A stretch of DNA of 64,000 nt from Octopus bimaculoides (lineage: Eukaryota). The stretch spans positions 10,614,908 to 10,678,907 of the forward strand of contig NC_068988.1 in NCBI RefSeq assembly GCF_001194135.2, written 5' to 3'. A model generated the notes under the pieces. The model had not been told where the DNA came from and searched no databases. It worked only from the letters and a program-made list of their open reading frames with translations. Below, one piece after another: positions 1 through 11,835 of this stretch; positions within the stretch are counted from its first letter, which is position 1, and every line of letters starts with the position of its first letter. Both the position numbers and the translations under genes were made by a program.

Positions 1-440
1 ATATATATATATTTACATATATATCCATATATGCATACGCATACACACATGCGCACATGCATGTATGTATCCATGAATGCATACATATGCACGCATACAC
101 ACAAGCGTTCATGCATGCATACATGCTGTCACATATATAATATAACATTATGTAATATAACGTAATAGAATGTAATATAATATAGTGTATAGCAGAGTGA
201 ATGAACGCTTGTAATAACGTGTTAAATGCAGTGCTGTTTGCAAAGTTGGATATGCATCACGTCTTAATTGAAACAAACATCTCAACAAAAAATCCAATTA
301 TTCAGAGAAACCAAGTTTGTTTTTGTGAGCAGATATGTAACACACTGATGCACAGTTGCTGTAGCCTGCACGTTTCCTAATATAAGCTAAAATATATGAC
401 ACGCCAGTCAAAACAACATTCTTATATACTTGTACACATC

Positions 441-776
441 ATAACTGGAAATCCGTTGGTTAAGGCGACGAGTGTTCCGGATGATTCGATGTGTGGAGAA
501 GTCTGCTCGTGGAATTAACGTGCAAGTAAGCGACTGAGTACTTCACAGATGCGCATAGCCTCCAGTCATTCCTGGGGGAGATTCAGCGTAACAAAGAATG
601 AGACAAGGCCAGACCTTTGAATTGCAGGAACTAATTAATTTTTGCCAGCCGATTTGATTAGAGTAATAGGAAAAAACAATGTCTTTTGCTGAAGGACATA
701 ACGCGTCAGCTCGAATCGAAACCATGAGCTATCGATCGTGAGATGATTACGCTAACCAGTAAGCCACGCAACTTCA
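441..776 (-). mobile_element. tRNA-derived SINE, family A (degenerate)
   Basis: The minus-strand head has A-box-like GTGGCTTACTGGTTAG and B-box-like GGTTTCGATTCG. The body (about 610-740) aligns by eye with the copy at 52975-53100. Confidence 0.7.
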
Positions 777-1269
777 GATAGCGAAAGGCCTCATTAATTC
801 ATAGAACATTTTATTAGTTACGGTCATTGGATTCTTAGTTATTAGATGTTGCATTATGTCAGTCTTTCTATGTACATTATTTAATCCTAAGCTGGTTGAT
901 ATATGCACATTTCGGAAAGTTTTTTTATATATAGCTATTTTATATATATATATATATTTGCTCAGTGAACTACATAGAAATATTTCATGAATTTAAAAAT
1001 TTCATGAATTTTATGAGTTTACAGAGATCTAATTACTGAGACTTATGTTGCGAAAGGATTAAATGCTTCTAGCATTATTGCTGTAGCTAAATATATTATT
1101 AAACTATATTATAAGGATACATATTATATATTATTAAAATACATATCCATTATTCAACTTCAATGACAAAATATTTCGAAAAATATACAAATGTCGTCAT
1201 TGTATATTGACGGTGTAAACCTGTGATTTGAGAAATGTTCTTCATACTCTAATTGTGCATTTATGTGAG

Positions 1270-1470
1270 ATAAAAAAAATTTCAACGCGCAACCATTTGT
1301 TTCTACAATTTATTTGCCCCTTAATGACTGTTTTCCGTATATCAGCTGCAACGAAAGAGGATTCTGCCAACCGTTGACGCGCAAACATTGCAGACATCCC
1401 GCATGCAATATTTCGAAGGCGGCTTGCGTAAGCTTTCAATTTGCTACAGATGTTTCTGTGATTTTAGAAC
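1270..1470 (-). mobile_element. Possible very old RTE-type LINE 3' fragment
   Basis: Frameshifted minus-strand pieces RLR..CMRD, VNGWQ and RKTVIKG resemble the RTE ORF C-terminal region. Weak. Confidence 0.25.
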
Positions 1471-1855
1471 AAAATCCAGACGATATGCTTTCTCAAGTCA
1501 GATAGAGCAATGTTGAAAGTTTCTTGTAGTATTTCCACGTCAACGACGTTATATAGAAGTGGTGTTACGAATAATAAAACTTATTTCGTTGGTTGGGGAT
1601 ACTTGGATAATTTATAATAAATGAAAACACAACATGTATGTACGTCGCACACACGCACATTATATATATGTGTGTGTGCGTGTGAACGAATGTATATATA
1701 TATATATATATATATATATNNNNNNNNNNNNNNNNNNNNNNNNNNNNNNNNNNNNNNNNNNNNNNNNNNNNNNNNNNNNNNNNNNNNNNNNNNNNNNNNN
1801 NNNNNNNNNNNNNNNNNNNNNNNNNNNNNNNNNNNNNNNNGTGTGTGTGTGTGTG

Positions 1856-2648
1856 TATGTGATCTGATCAATAAGTATCCGGACTTTTGCCATGGTAACG
1901 ATGTTAAAGTACATAAAATGATGCCGCTTGGCAAATATTGGCCTTAAACAGCGCATTAAGTTTCTGCATTATAGATTCCGCTGTTCACAGCAGTGATTAG
2001 GATTACGGTGTGTAGTGTGTGATCATCGCATTCACACATGACGCTGAAGGTTACCATGGCAATACTGGCTCAGCAGCCTACGCAAAGTTGCAGAAAGTGT
2101 ATGGAGAGGAGTGTATCAGCTGCACACACGCGTACAAGAGTTTCAGACGTCTCTGAGAGACCGGCAGAGAAAAACACATCGCAGATGTGCGTGCAGGTGG
2201 TAGGGGAAATCGTAGAATCACAACACGTGAGGTATCAGAAGATGTGCAGAATAGTTACGATTCAGTTCAGTCTATTGTCACTGATGATTTGTGTATGAGT
2301 GGCGTTTCTGCCACGTTTCTGCCAAAACTGCTTTTAGCTGAACAAATTCGCACTCGGGTTTCAGTTGCACAATATCTCCTTGATTGTGTCGAGAAAGACG
2401 AAATTAAAAAAAAAAGTATTGCGTAGGCCCTCTGAGCAGCTATCACTAAGCTTATGGCAAAATATGTTGCCGATTCCCTGCTTAACTTTCTCTCTCATGG
2501 CAAGGAGCGAAAGTGAACTCGAATGTCAAGTGTGTAGTGCGCATGCACAAAAGATTTCAAGGTCAATATTTGTCAAGCGGGTTCACTGTCCATGCTTTAG
2601 CGTAGTCACTATAGCAACAGTTCGAATACTTATTAATCAGATCACGTA
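1856..2648 (+). mobile_element. Internally deleted mariner (Tc1/mariner) DNA transposon with both TIRs
   Basis: 36-bp TIRs at 1858-1893 and 2611-2646 (30/36 identical) with TA on both sides. Decayed transposase N-terminus: AYAKLQKVYGEECIS, GNRRITTREVSEDVQNSYDSVQSIVTDDLCMSGVSATFLPKLL, YLLDCVEKDE. The catalytic domain is absent. Confidence 0.9.
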
Positions 2649-3238
2649 TANNNNNNNNNNNNNNNNNNNNNNNNNNNNNNNNNNNNNNNNNNNNNNNNNN
2701 NNNNNNNNNNNNNNNNNNNNNNNNNNNNNNNNNNNNNNNNNNNNNNNNNNNNNNNNNNNNNNNNNNNNNNNNNNNNNNNNNNNNNNNNNNNNNNNNNNNN
2801 NNNNNNNNNNNNNNNNNNNNNNNNNNNNNNNNNNNNNNNNNNNNNNNNNNNNNNNNNNNNNNNNNNNNNNNNNNNNNNNNNNNNNNNNNNNNNNNNNNNN
2901 NNNNNNNNNNNNNNNNNNNNNNNNNNNNNNNNNNNNNNNNNNNNNNNNNNNNNNNNNNNNNNNNNNNNNNNNNNNNNNNNNNNNNNNNNNNNNNNNNNNN
3001 NNNNNNNNNNNNNNNNNNNNNNNNNNNNNNNNNNNNNNNNNNNNNNNNNNNNNNNNNNNNNNNNNNNNNNNNNNNNNNNNNNNNNNNNNNNNNNNNNNNN
3101 NNNNNNNNNNNNNNNNNNNNNNNNNNNNNNNNNNNNNNNNNNNNNNNNNNNNNNNNNNNNNNNNNNNNNNNNNNNNNNNNNNNNNNNNNNNNNNNNNNNN
3201 NNNNNNNNNNNNNNNNNNNNNNNNNNNNNNNNNNNNNN

Positions 3239-3239
3239 N

Positions 3240-3288
<49 letters not shown>

Positions 3289-3452
3289 GATAGAGAGATA
3301 GATAGATAGATAGATAGATAGATATAGGGGAGATTGATAGAAAGATATAGATATATTCATATACATATGAATGCGTATATGTATGTATGCATGCATGCAT
3401 GCCTGAATGTGTGTATGTGTGTATGTATGTATGTTTAGAGAGAACGAGTTCC

Positions 3453-3483
<31 letters not shown>

Positions 3484-3505
3484 TAGAGAGAGAGAGAGAG
3501 AGAGT
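3239..3505. repeat. Compound (GA)n/(GATA)n/(ATGT)n microsatellite
   Basis: Directly visible; abuts the 2651-3238 gap. Confidence 0.95.
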
Positions 3506-3959
3506 GAGGCGTCAGCATATTTATATGTGAATGTATACATGTATTTGTCAATATGTTTGTCAATGTACATGCTTTTATATTTCGCCACATGAAAATGAAG
3601 AAATATTTCCTTCAATAAGTATCGGCAATGTTACCAATTCCATTAGCTTTTATTCTCATACGTATATAACTTTTTATCATTTTAGCTACATGCATGTATC
3701 TTGCTTTAATATATCGCACACTCGAAATTTTAGTAATCATAAAACACTTTATTCTAATTTCGGAGTGTTTAATGGGAATATCCTGCACCAGCATTCGCCA
3801 AGAAGAGGAATGACTTGGCTTATATCCTATTGAGAATTGTTATCTTCCAAATGTAATTCTCTCTCTCTCTTCTGTTTTCTTTCACTGTCTTCCAATCACA
3901 CTCTGTATGTGTGTGTTTATGCGTGTGAAAGTGATAACTGTAGTTTTGAGATGTTTTGA

Positions 3960-4475
3960 AAATCTTGTTTCCAGCAACGCTGGACTCTTTGGTAACCTTG
4001 ATCGTAAATAAATATTTTTACCCTTACGGATATTTTTATGCCTGCTAGCCACTTATATTATTATTATTATTATCATCATTTATTAAAATATCTTTATATA
4101 TATTTTTATAATTTTACTCACATTGAACATTTTCGAATTTACCACTGCATTCAAATGATCAAGACACACATGGTGACGCGAGTAGCTTTAGTCATCGGCA
4201 GTAATACTCACTGATGAGACGTGTATTTCGCAGGGTTGGAAACCATGTGATATCAAGCACGTCTGCAAATTCCATTTGCGATTTTGATTCGCTATTGTTA
4301 AGCTAGCTTTTCTATTTACTCGTTTGCTCGAATTCAAACAGTGATAACTATGGTTTTGAATCGTTTTCCGTTTTATCTCTATCAATGCTGGTACTATCTG
4401 GTACACTTGATTATAAATTAATATTTATACCTTCATGGTTATTTTTATACTTTCTAGCCACTTATATTATTATCA
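3960..4475 (+). repeat. Partial copy A plus full copy B of a diverged ~409-bp tandem unit
   Basis: The anchor CTAGCCACTTATATTATTAT occurs at 4045 and 4454 (period 409) and again as TAGCCACTTATATTATTAT at 5851. Copy B starts with AAATG.TCAA.ACACACATGGTGACG (about 4153), shared with copy C. Confidence 0.8.
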
Positions 4476-4489
4476 ATTACTAATATTAA

Positions 4490-4751
4490 TGTCCTTATAT
4501 TGTATTTCGGGACGGTCATACTTTTCACCAAATAAACACACGCAGTATATATTCATTCTTCACACGTTTATTACTGTTCTTTTTTTTACCTAATGTCCAT
4601 TGTCCGAGAATCTTTCGTTACACATCTGTTACCTCTTTGGCGTCATCTTCCGTCTACAGGAGTGCTTTTCCTCTGCTTATTCCGTTCTGTTCTTCCCTGG
4701 TGTGTATCATTATATGAGCATGCATCCGTGATTGTGTGTGGGTTCGTACAT

Positions 4752-4804
<53 letters not shown>

Positions 4805-5170
4805 TGTGTATGTCACTGTTCTTAGTATCCCTATGACACCCTCAACTCCGCCTCTATCCCGTTGCTGCTGCTGCTGCCCTTGAGCCTGACGTTCTGTACC
4901 GTTCTTGTAACCCGCTGCGTTTGTGATTTCGGTAGATGTTGTTTTTGTTGTTGTTGTTGTTCTTCTTCTTCTTGCTTCTGTCTTTGCCATTGTTGTAAGT
5001 CGTGCTGTTGATATTGTTGCCGCCATCTGTGAAGTTACCATATGTGTGTTTGCGTGTGTATATGGGTTCGATTCCCAAGTTGTTTGTATCAGTTCCCTCT
5101 ATCGAGATGTTCCTTTTTATATATCTCTATTTTCTAAATTTTTATTTTTTTATTATTTTCTTATATGTAT
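4490..5170 (-). repeat. Interspersed repeat with internal (CA)n, (GCT)n and (AAC)n tracts; its right end is inverted arm 1
   Basis: 4985-5170 is an imperfect reverse complement of 5340-5525. The microsatellites are visible at 4754-4810 and 4860-4975. Confidence 0.55.
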
Positions 5171-5339
5171 CATGGGTATATGCTTATATGTCTATTGTAA
5201 TGTGTGTTACGCTGTTTGTAACTGGTTTTATTTTTTATTTATTTATTTTTGTCGTTTCAATCTTTAGTCTTCATATAGTGTGGTGGTGGTTGTTGTTACA
5301 TTCCTGTTTTCAGTTGAGACTCTGTTGAGGCTATGATAA

Positions 5340-5896
5340 ATATAAAAATAAAAAAAGATACAATATAAAAGAATAGAAAAAATACAAAATAGAAACATCA
5401 AAAATATATAAACAGATACAAACAACATAGGAAGTGAAACCGTATACACACGTAAACACGCAAACTTCACATATAGCCAAGACAATATCGACAAGACCAC
5501 TAAAACAATGGCACCAACAACAATGCCATTCTATTTAAATGTTCAATACACACATGGTGACGAGAGTATCTTTAGCCCTCGGCAGTGAAACTCTCTGATG
5601 TGAACTAAGTATTTATTGCAGCGTCCCAAACTAGTTGATATGAGTATGTCTGCAAATTGCATTTGCGATTTTCACTCACTATTGGCATGTTAGCTTTCTT
5701 ATTTACTCTCTTCCATGAATTCATCAGTATGTATTAGAGATAAATGTGGTTATGAATCGTTTTAACACTTATTTCTAGCAACGCTGTCGCTATCTAGCAC
5801 CCGTGATAATAAATTGATAATTGTACCCTTCTGTTTATTTTTATACTTGGTAGCCACTTATATTATTATTATTTATTATTAATAAAAATTATCTTG

Positions 5897-5900
<4 letters not shown>
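5340..5900 (+). repeat. Inverted arm 2 followed by copy C of the ~409-bp unit
   Basis: 5535-5875 aligns with 4153-4474, for example GTCTGCAAATT.CATTTGCGATTTT and GAATCGTTTT in both copies. Confidence 0.8.
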
Positions 5901-5940
<40 letters not shown>

Positions 5941-6879
5941 NNNNNNNNNNTATATATATATATATATATATATCTTTCCGAAATATATATATATTAGTTA
6001 GAAATTCCTGCTCAGGTCTCAGCATCAACATTTTCCTACCAAGAAAGCAGGATTGTGTAATTACGTTATCTCGTAACTAAATATATATGCGATTGTGTGT
6101 GTGTGTGTGTGTGTCTCTGTGTGTGAGTGTGTGCGTGTGCGTGCGCGCGTTTGCTTGGATTTGCTTGCTCTCATTCTTTTAAATTAAGTGTATTCAGCGA
6201 AGTGCGTTCCAAGTTTTCATTTTGTAATTTTGCATGATGACGCAAACATACGAATCAGTTGTTGATAATACTAATCGTGCTTTGAAACCGAACTTCTTAC
6301 ATCTGGGAATAGATAAGCACGAAGTGTGAGGTCATTGATAATTACCCATCTGATTTAGTGTGCTTTCTAATCAATATTTACAAATAACTTGTTGGCTCAT
6401 AAACAAGAATCCGTCTTCAATCTGCAATTTCCATTTGGAAATGGCAGCACAAATTAAGCATCGCTCCTAATTGATTGTTCCGTTGCGAGGAAAACCGAAA
6501 CAAAATTGATAATTCTTAATATTATAATGACTTTCTCAAAATGTAATACAATTTCAAAAGTAAAGAGAAAAAAAAACAAGTAAGATGGCAATAACTACAC
6601 ATCCTCTCAAAATTAATATTATGCTATCCTCATACATTATTTGAAAATATCATTGCAAAAACAAAACAAATTCTGTTTTTAATGGTTTTTCACTAAATTT
6701 ACCAGAGAATATAAAATGAAACATCAATTTCCATAAGCTAACTTCCTTTGAAAAATATGGATTACCTTCAACCATATTATCTACAAATGATATTATCTAC
6801 AAATGATATTAAACCTGAAGTGAATGACTATAAATATGTCTCTCTACTCACAACCAACTGAAGATTCTGTTCCACTTCT

Positions 6880-7032
6880 TCAAAGCAAATGTGTCGTAAG
6901 AAGGTTCCTTCGCAACCACGTTTCCTGACTTGTTCCGTCCGTGTGGTACCTTTGATAAGTATTCTATTATAGCCTCGAGCCTACAAAAGCTTTGTGAGTG
7001 GATTTAGTAAACGGTGATGAAAAAAACCTTCG

Positions 7033-7035
<3 letters not shown>
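6880..7035 (+). mobile_element. tRNA-derived SINE, family B (degenerate head half)
   Basis: TATAGCCTCGAG..AAAAGCTTTGTGAGTGGATTT...CGTATATA matches the clean copy at 48182-48338. Confidence 0.75.
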
Positions 7036-7066
<31 letters not shown>

Positions 7067-7077
7067 TAGACGTATTT

Positions 7078-7450
7078 CCTTGGTAGTTCATCGATCTCCA
7101 ATGAAGACGTAGTCTGTGGTCACAGCAGTTTGCCGGAAGCACACTGCCGCCCGCAGTTTGGACACTGGTAGTCTGTAATCAGGACTGAGAATGATATGAC
7201 ATCTGTCTCTTGCGTCTGTGAGACATTGCTGTCTAACCTCCTCATAGGCAGCTACAGCAGCGTAAGTGAGTTACCTCCAGGTGGTCCTGTTTGTTCCTGC
7301 GCTCTCGACTCTGCGAGGCTGGATGTCACGCAAGTTTAGGTTGCCGTTTACTATGCCCTTATACCTATTTCGCCCGCAGATATGAATGTATAAGCATGAT
7401 CTATCCGATGTCCATGGATACTACAGAATACAGTGTAATCTGTCCAGGAA
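7078..7450 (-). mobile_element. RTE (BovB-like) LINE 3' fragment
   Basis: Minus-strand translation RYKGIVNGNLNLRDIQPRRVESAGTNRTTWR*LTYAAVAAYEEVRQQCLTDARDRCH, then frameshifted TDYQCPNCGRQCAS (C-terminal zinc-finger remnant typical of RTE ORFs). Confidence 0.8.
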
Positions 7451-7980
7451 TTGAGACTATCGTGTTATAAAACACGTGATGTGCGTAAACGCGATGCAAT
7501 AAGATATTTATAAATTCCTTCCAGAACAGGCGTATAAGCAGACATAGAATGTGATTGCAAACGTTGTTTTTATCCTATGAAAAGAGCGCAAAGTTAAACT
7601 CTCTTCCAGGGTACTCTTCCAGACAAAATCTCGATTAACTGTAATTCCATCCGTTCATATTTAATTCTAGTAACTAATGGAAAATGTATACACCCACACA
7701 AAATCCAAGACTATATTTAAAGCAATTAAACTTTTATTTGCGAAACTCAACAAAAGAAAAACACATTATGACACAATGAACGCGTGATGGTTCCTACCGA
7801 ATATTGAGAGCTTGAAATCTAACGTCATTACATAAAGTGTTGTTTTAGAAACACCCGAGAATCTCAGAGCAAACGACAGTGAAAATAAGTGAAGTACATG
7901 TCTCTTCATCTTCCTGTCGATCGATCCGTCTGCCTATTTTTCTGTCTATTCTTAAATATACATATGCCCGTACACATGCA

Positions 7981-7998
7981 TATCTATCTATCTGTCTG

Positions 7999-8047
<49 letters not shown>

Positions 8048-8113
8048 GTACCTATCTACCTATCTGTCTATCTATGTACCTATCTATCTATCTATCTATC
8101 TATGTACCTATCT
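7981..8113. repeat. (TATC)n tetranucleotide array
   Basis: Directly visible; runs into a gap. Confidence 0.95.
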
Positions 8114-9324
8114 ANNNNNNNNNNNNNNNNNNNNNNNNNNNNNNNNNNNNNNNNNNNNNNNNNNNNNNNNNNNNNNNNNNNNNNNNNNNNNNNNNNNNNN
8201 NNNNNNNNNNNNNNNNNNNNNNNNNNNNNNNNNNNNNNNNNNNNNNNNNNNNNNNNNNNNNNNNNNNNNNNNNNNNNNNNNNNNNNNNNNNNNNNNNNNN
8301 NNNNNNNNNNNNNNNNNATATATATATATATATATATATAATTGTATGTATATATGTATATATTTATATATATCCACATATATATGCATATATGTGTTAG
8401 CAGTTAGACGTTGAGGATATATAAATACGTGTGTTTCGGAAGTTGTATAAACACACTTAAGCGTATGTATTCATCTCGATTTGCTGCTGTGGCAATCAGT
8501 ATGTATGTGCAAGTCGAGTCTATTGTGGTATATCACGAGTTTCAACTGTCGGTGAGATCAAAAGCTTGTTACTGACTTTTCTTTTGGAGATACGACTTCT
8601 TTAATACATACACACACACACATATATGTATGAACGTGTGCTCTCATTGTTTAAATGTGTTCGTGTATCGACATATTATGAAAGATATTACTATAATTGC
8701 ATGAACTGGAAACTTGTTTGGTTCCTACGGAAATATTTCTTTGTTTAGTTCTACTACGCTGAAGACAACTTATTAGTGAAACTTCTGCTTGTTGTATACC
8801 TTTGAATGTTTCTTCAGCATATGGAAACATTCACATATCCATGGAAATTTACTTCGGAAATGTAGTTACACGTCATATAATTTTATTGTTGTATCGATTT
8901 TATTTTGCGTACAAAAATTAGACGATGTTTGTCGAGGGAAAAACAGTATCATCGTTCATTGAATATTTATCTTATTAAATTACCATAAAATAGATTTGTT
9001 TTCTATTTTCTGCATCGGCATTGTCTTTGCATGCCTGGCATATTGACAAAAATCATTAATATTTGAATTTTACAAATCTATGTTTTGAAACACTCCAGCG
9101 GTGACACCCCAGATGTTGTGATTAGGGATTTTCTTTATTACTTATAAGTTAATCTTTTGTATTTGACACATTTGAAAGTGTCTATGTTGGGGTTCCATGA
9201 AGAGACATTTTTGGTTGATATAACAGTCTCTGTTAAATATTTATTGACATTTTCCACCAGTTTGTTTCCAATTCATTTCTGATTTGTTCTCTCTTGTTGC
9301 TCTTTGTTTGATTACGTGGGTGAA

Positions 9325-9385
9325 TTGGACACTGAGAAATTATCCCCTGAGGAGTGTCCAAATAACCACGAAACATGTTGAGACG
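9325..9385 (+). ncRNA. Minimal type I hammerhead ribozyme-like motif (probably decayed)
   Basis: CTGAGGA (9347-9353), stem II GTG/CAC, GAAAC (9370-9374), AT, GTT. Helix III is the 8-nt palindrome AACATGTT. Stem I is only partly paired. Confidence 0.55.
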
Positions 9386-10352
9386 CTCACCTTCAATTTT
9401 CTGTGACAGGAATGAGTTAAAACTCCTGTTTACATGATATAAAATTTGACGTCATTTAATTTAACAATGCCGTATAAATATTCTAAGTATATTTCAAATA
9501 GCACTACGTGTCATGTTCCAATGTTTTAAAAGAAACAACAAATTTTAATGTGATATAAGTATTTTATTGTATATTTTCTTACTACCAAATATCTTTCAAA
9601 GGCAACATATGTTTAAAGTTTTATTTATTATATCATTGTTTAAACCTATTAACTTTATAATCACAAATGTATTTGATATTATACTCTATAAAGTTTGCAT
9701 ATCAATCTTCTTGATCAGAAACACCTGTTAGTGTTTCACTATTTGCTGGTTAAATACTTTATTAAAATTCACTTATGATCAGTCAACATCAGTAACGATA
9801 CAAAGAAAAATATGTTATTAGTGATTTCTTTGTTTTTAAATATATTGTGTGAGTTCGCGCGCGCGCAAACGCTCATGTGTGTGAAAACGTATAAAGATAT
9901 GAAACTGCTGAAAATTTGTTTTGTTATCATCAGCAGCATAATGTAATGTCTGAAAATAATGTTGTATTTATGTGAAGTATGCAATAGAAATAGTAATTAT
10001 AAATGATGTTAATGTAACTCCCACTAAACAAAATGGTCGGGCTTAACATATATAGCTGTCAATTTATTGCAGCTCGACTGCGAGATCAGATTCTACTATT
10101 TCTGCCGACAAATTTGGCAGACCTCTTCTTTCTTTATAAGTTCTTTTCAATATTTCGTTCTTGCTCTTACAAGCTGCAGTTCGATCCTGCATAATATTTT
10201 GATAAATTGATATGACATAAATATTGGGATAATTTATATTTACAGGAATTGTTCCTTAAAATGTGAAATTCCCTTTCCATATGTTATTTGATAATGTTTA
10301 TTTATGCATAGTGCATTTTCTGACAAATATTAGAGGTACAGTTTGCCTCACA

Positions 10353-10434
<82 letters not shown>

Positions 10435-10495
10435 CCTACCTATGTATCTATGTATCTATGTATCTATCTATCTATCTATCTATATATCTATCGAT
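10353..10495. repeat. (TATC)n tetranucleotide array
   Basis: Directly visible; runs into the 10501-11150 gap. Confidence 0.95.
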
Positions 10496-11150
10496 ATATA
10501 NNNNNNNNNNNNNNNNNNNNNNNNNNNNNNNNNNNNNNNNNNNNNNNNNNNNNNNNNNNNNNNNNNNNNNNNNNNNNNNNNNNNNNNNNNNNNNNNNNNN
10601 NNNNNNNNNNNNNNNNNNNNNNNNNNNNNNNNNNNNNNNNNNNNNNNNNNNNNNNNNNNNNNNNNNNNNNNNNNNNNNNNNNNNNNNNNNNNNNNNNNNN
10701 NNNNNNNNNNNNNNNNNNNNNNNNNNNNNNNNNNNNNNNNNNNNNNNNNNNNNNNNNNNNNNNNNNNNNNNNNNNNNNNNNNNNNNNNNNNNNNNNNNNN
10801 NNNNNNNNNNNNNNNNNNNNNNNNNNNNNNNNNNNNNNNNNNNNNNNNNNNNNNNNNNNNNNNNNNNNNNNNNNNNNNNNNNNNNNNNNNNNNNNNNNNN
10901 NNNNNNNNNNNNNNNNNNNNNNNNNNNNNNNNNNNNNNNNNNNNNNNNNNNNNNNNNNNNNNNNNNNNNNNNNNNNNNNNNNNNNNNNNNNNNNNNNNNN
11001 NNNNNNNNNNNNNNNNNNNNNNNNNNNNNNNNNNNNNNNNNNNNNNNNNNNNNNNNNNNNNNNNNNNNNNNNNNNNNNNNNNNNNNNNNNNNNNNNNNNN
11101 NNNNNNNNNNNNNNNNNNNNNNNNNNNNNNNNNNNNNNNNNNNNNNNNNN

Positions 11151-11192
<42 letters not shown>

Positions 11193-11339
11193 TTATAAAT
11201 GTAAGGCATATGTGAAACATGCAATCGATGGTTATAATTACTCCATGCTCTACAATTGTTTCAATACCGTTAGCGTGACAAATATTATAACGTGCATGTA
11301 ATGAAGGAAAAATTGGATAGTGATATATCGATTATATCT

Positions 11340-11835
11340 TATAGATGTCGACTGAAAATTTCATAGGTTGATCTAAATAATTTCCTGGAAATTGATCAAA
11401 TGGGATATATTTTACAACATAGCACCCCCCATTGCAGTCCGCATCCTTCTTACATTGGTGGTGCCATGCTTGAACCTCAGTGGCGGATACGTTTTCATGC
11501 TCTTGCTCAAAACGTCCTCATCATTATCTATGGCGTTATAATCATTGCGCTATTGGTTACCAGCCAAATGTTTTCCATGCTGGGGAGCAGATAATAGTCA
11601 GATGGTGCCAAATAAGGAGATTCAGGATAGTGATCAACTGGTTCAAAGACACTGCCATGAACAGCCACAATTGAAATCAAAGACTCGTTTTGTGGAATAC
11701 TGCCCTCATGAAACAAAACACTTTCTGTCAGTTGTACTAGGCATTTGGTCACGGATGGAATGTCAGAAATACCACTGACAGCTAGGAAGCACAAGGGGAC
11801 AGCTGTCATGTGTGAAGTCATAGCGACCATCTTGT
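11340..11835 (-). mobile_element. Mariner 3' half with one TIR (decayed)
   Basis: Minus-strand peptide VAVHGSVFEPVDHYPESPYLAPSDYYLLPSM matches the mariner HPPYSPDLAPSDY motif. A TIR-like end TA-TAGATGTCGACTGAAAATTTCATAGG lies at 11340. Confidence 0.85.

Noticed and set aside
4595-4660. Minus-strand hammerhead-like layout (CCAAAGA..GAAAGATTCTC)
   Set aside because: Too degenerate to call on its own; mentioned only as context for the inverted repeat.
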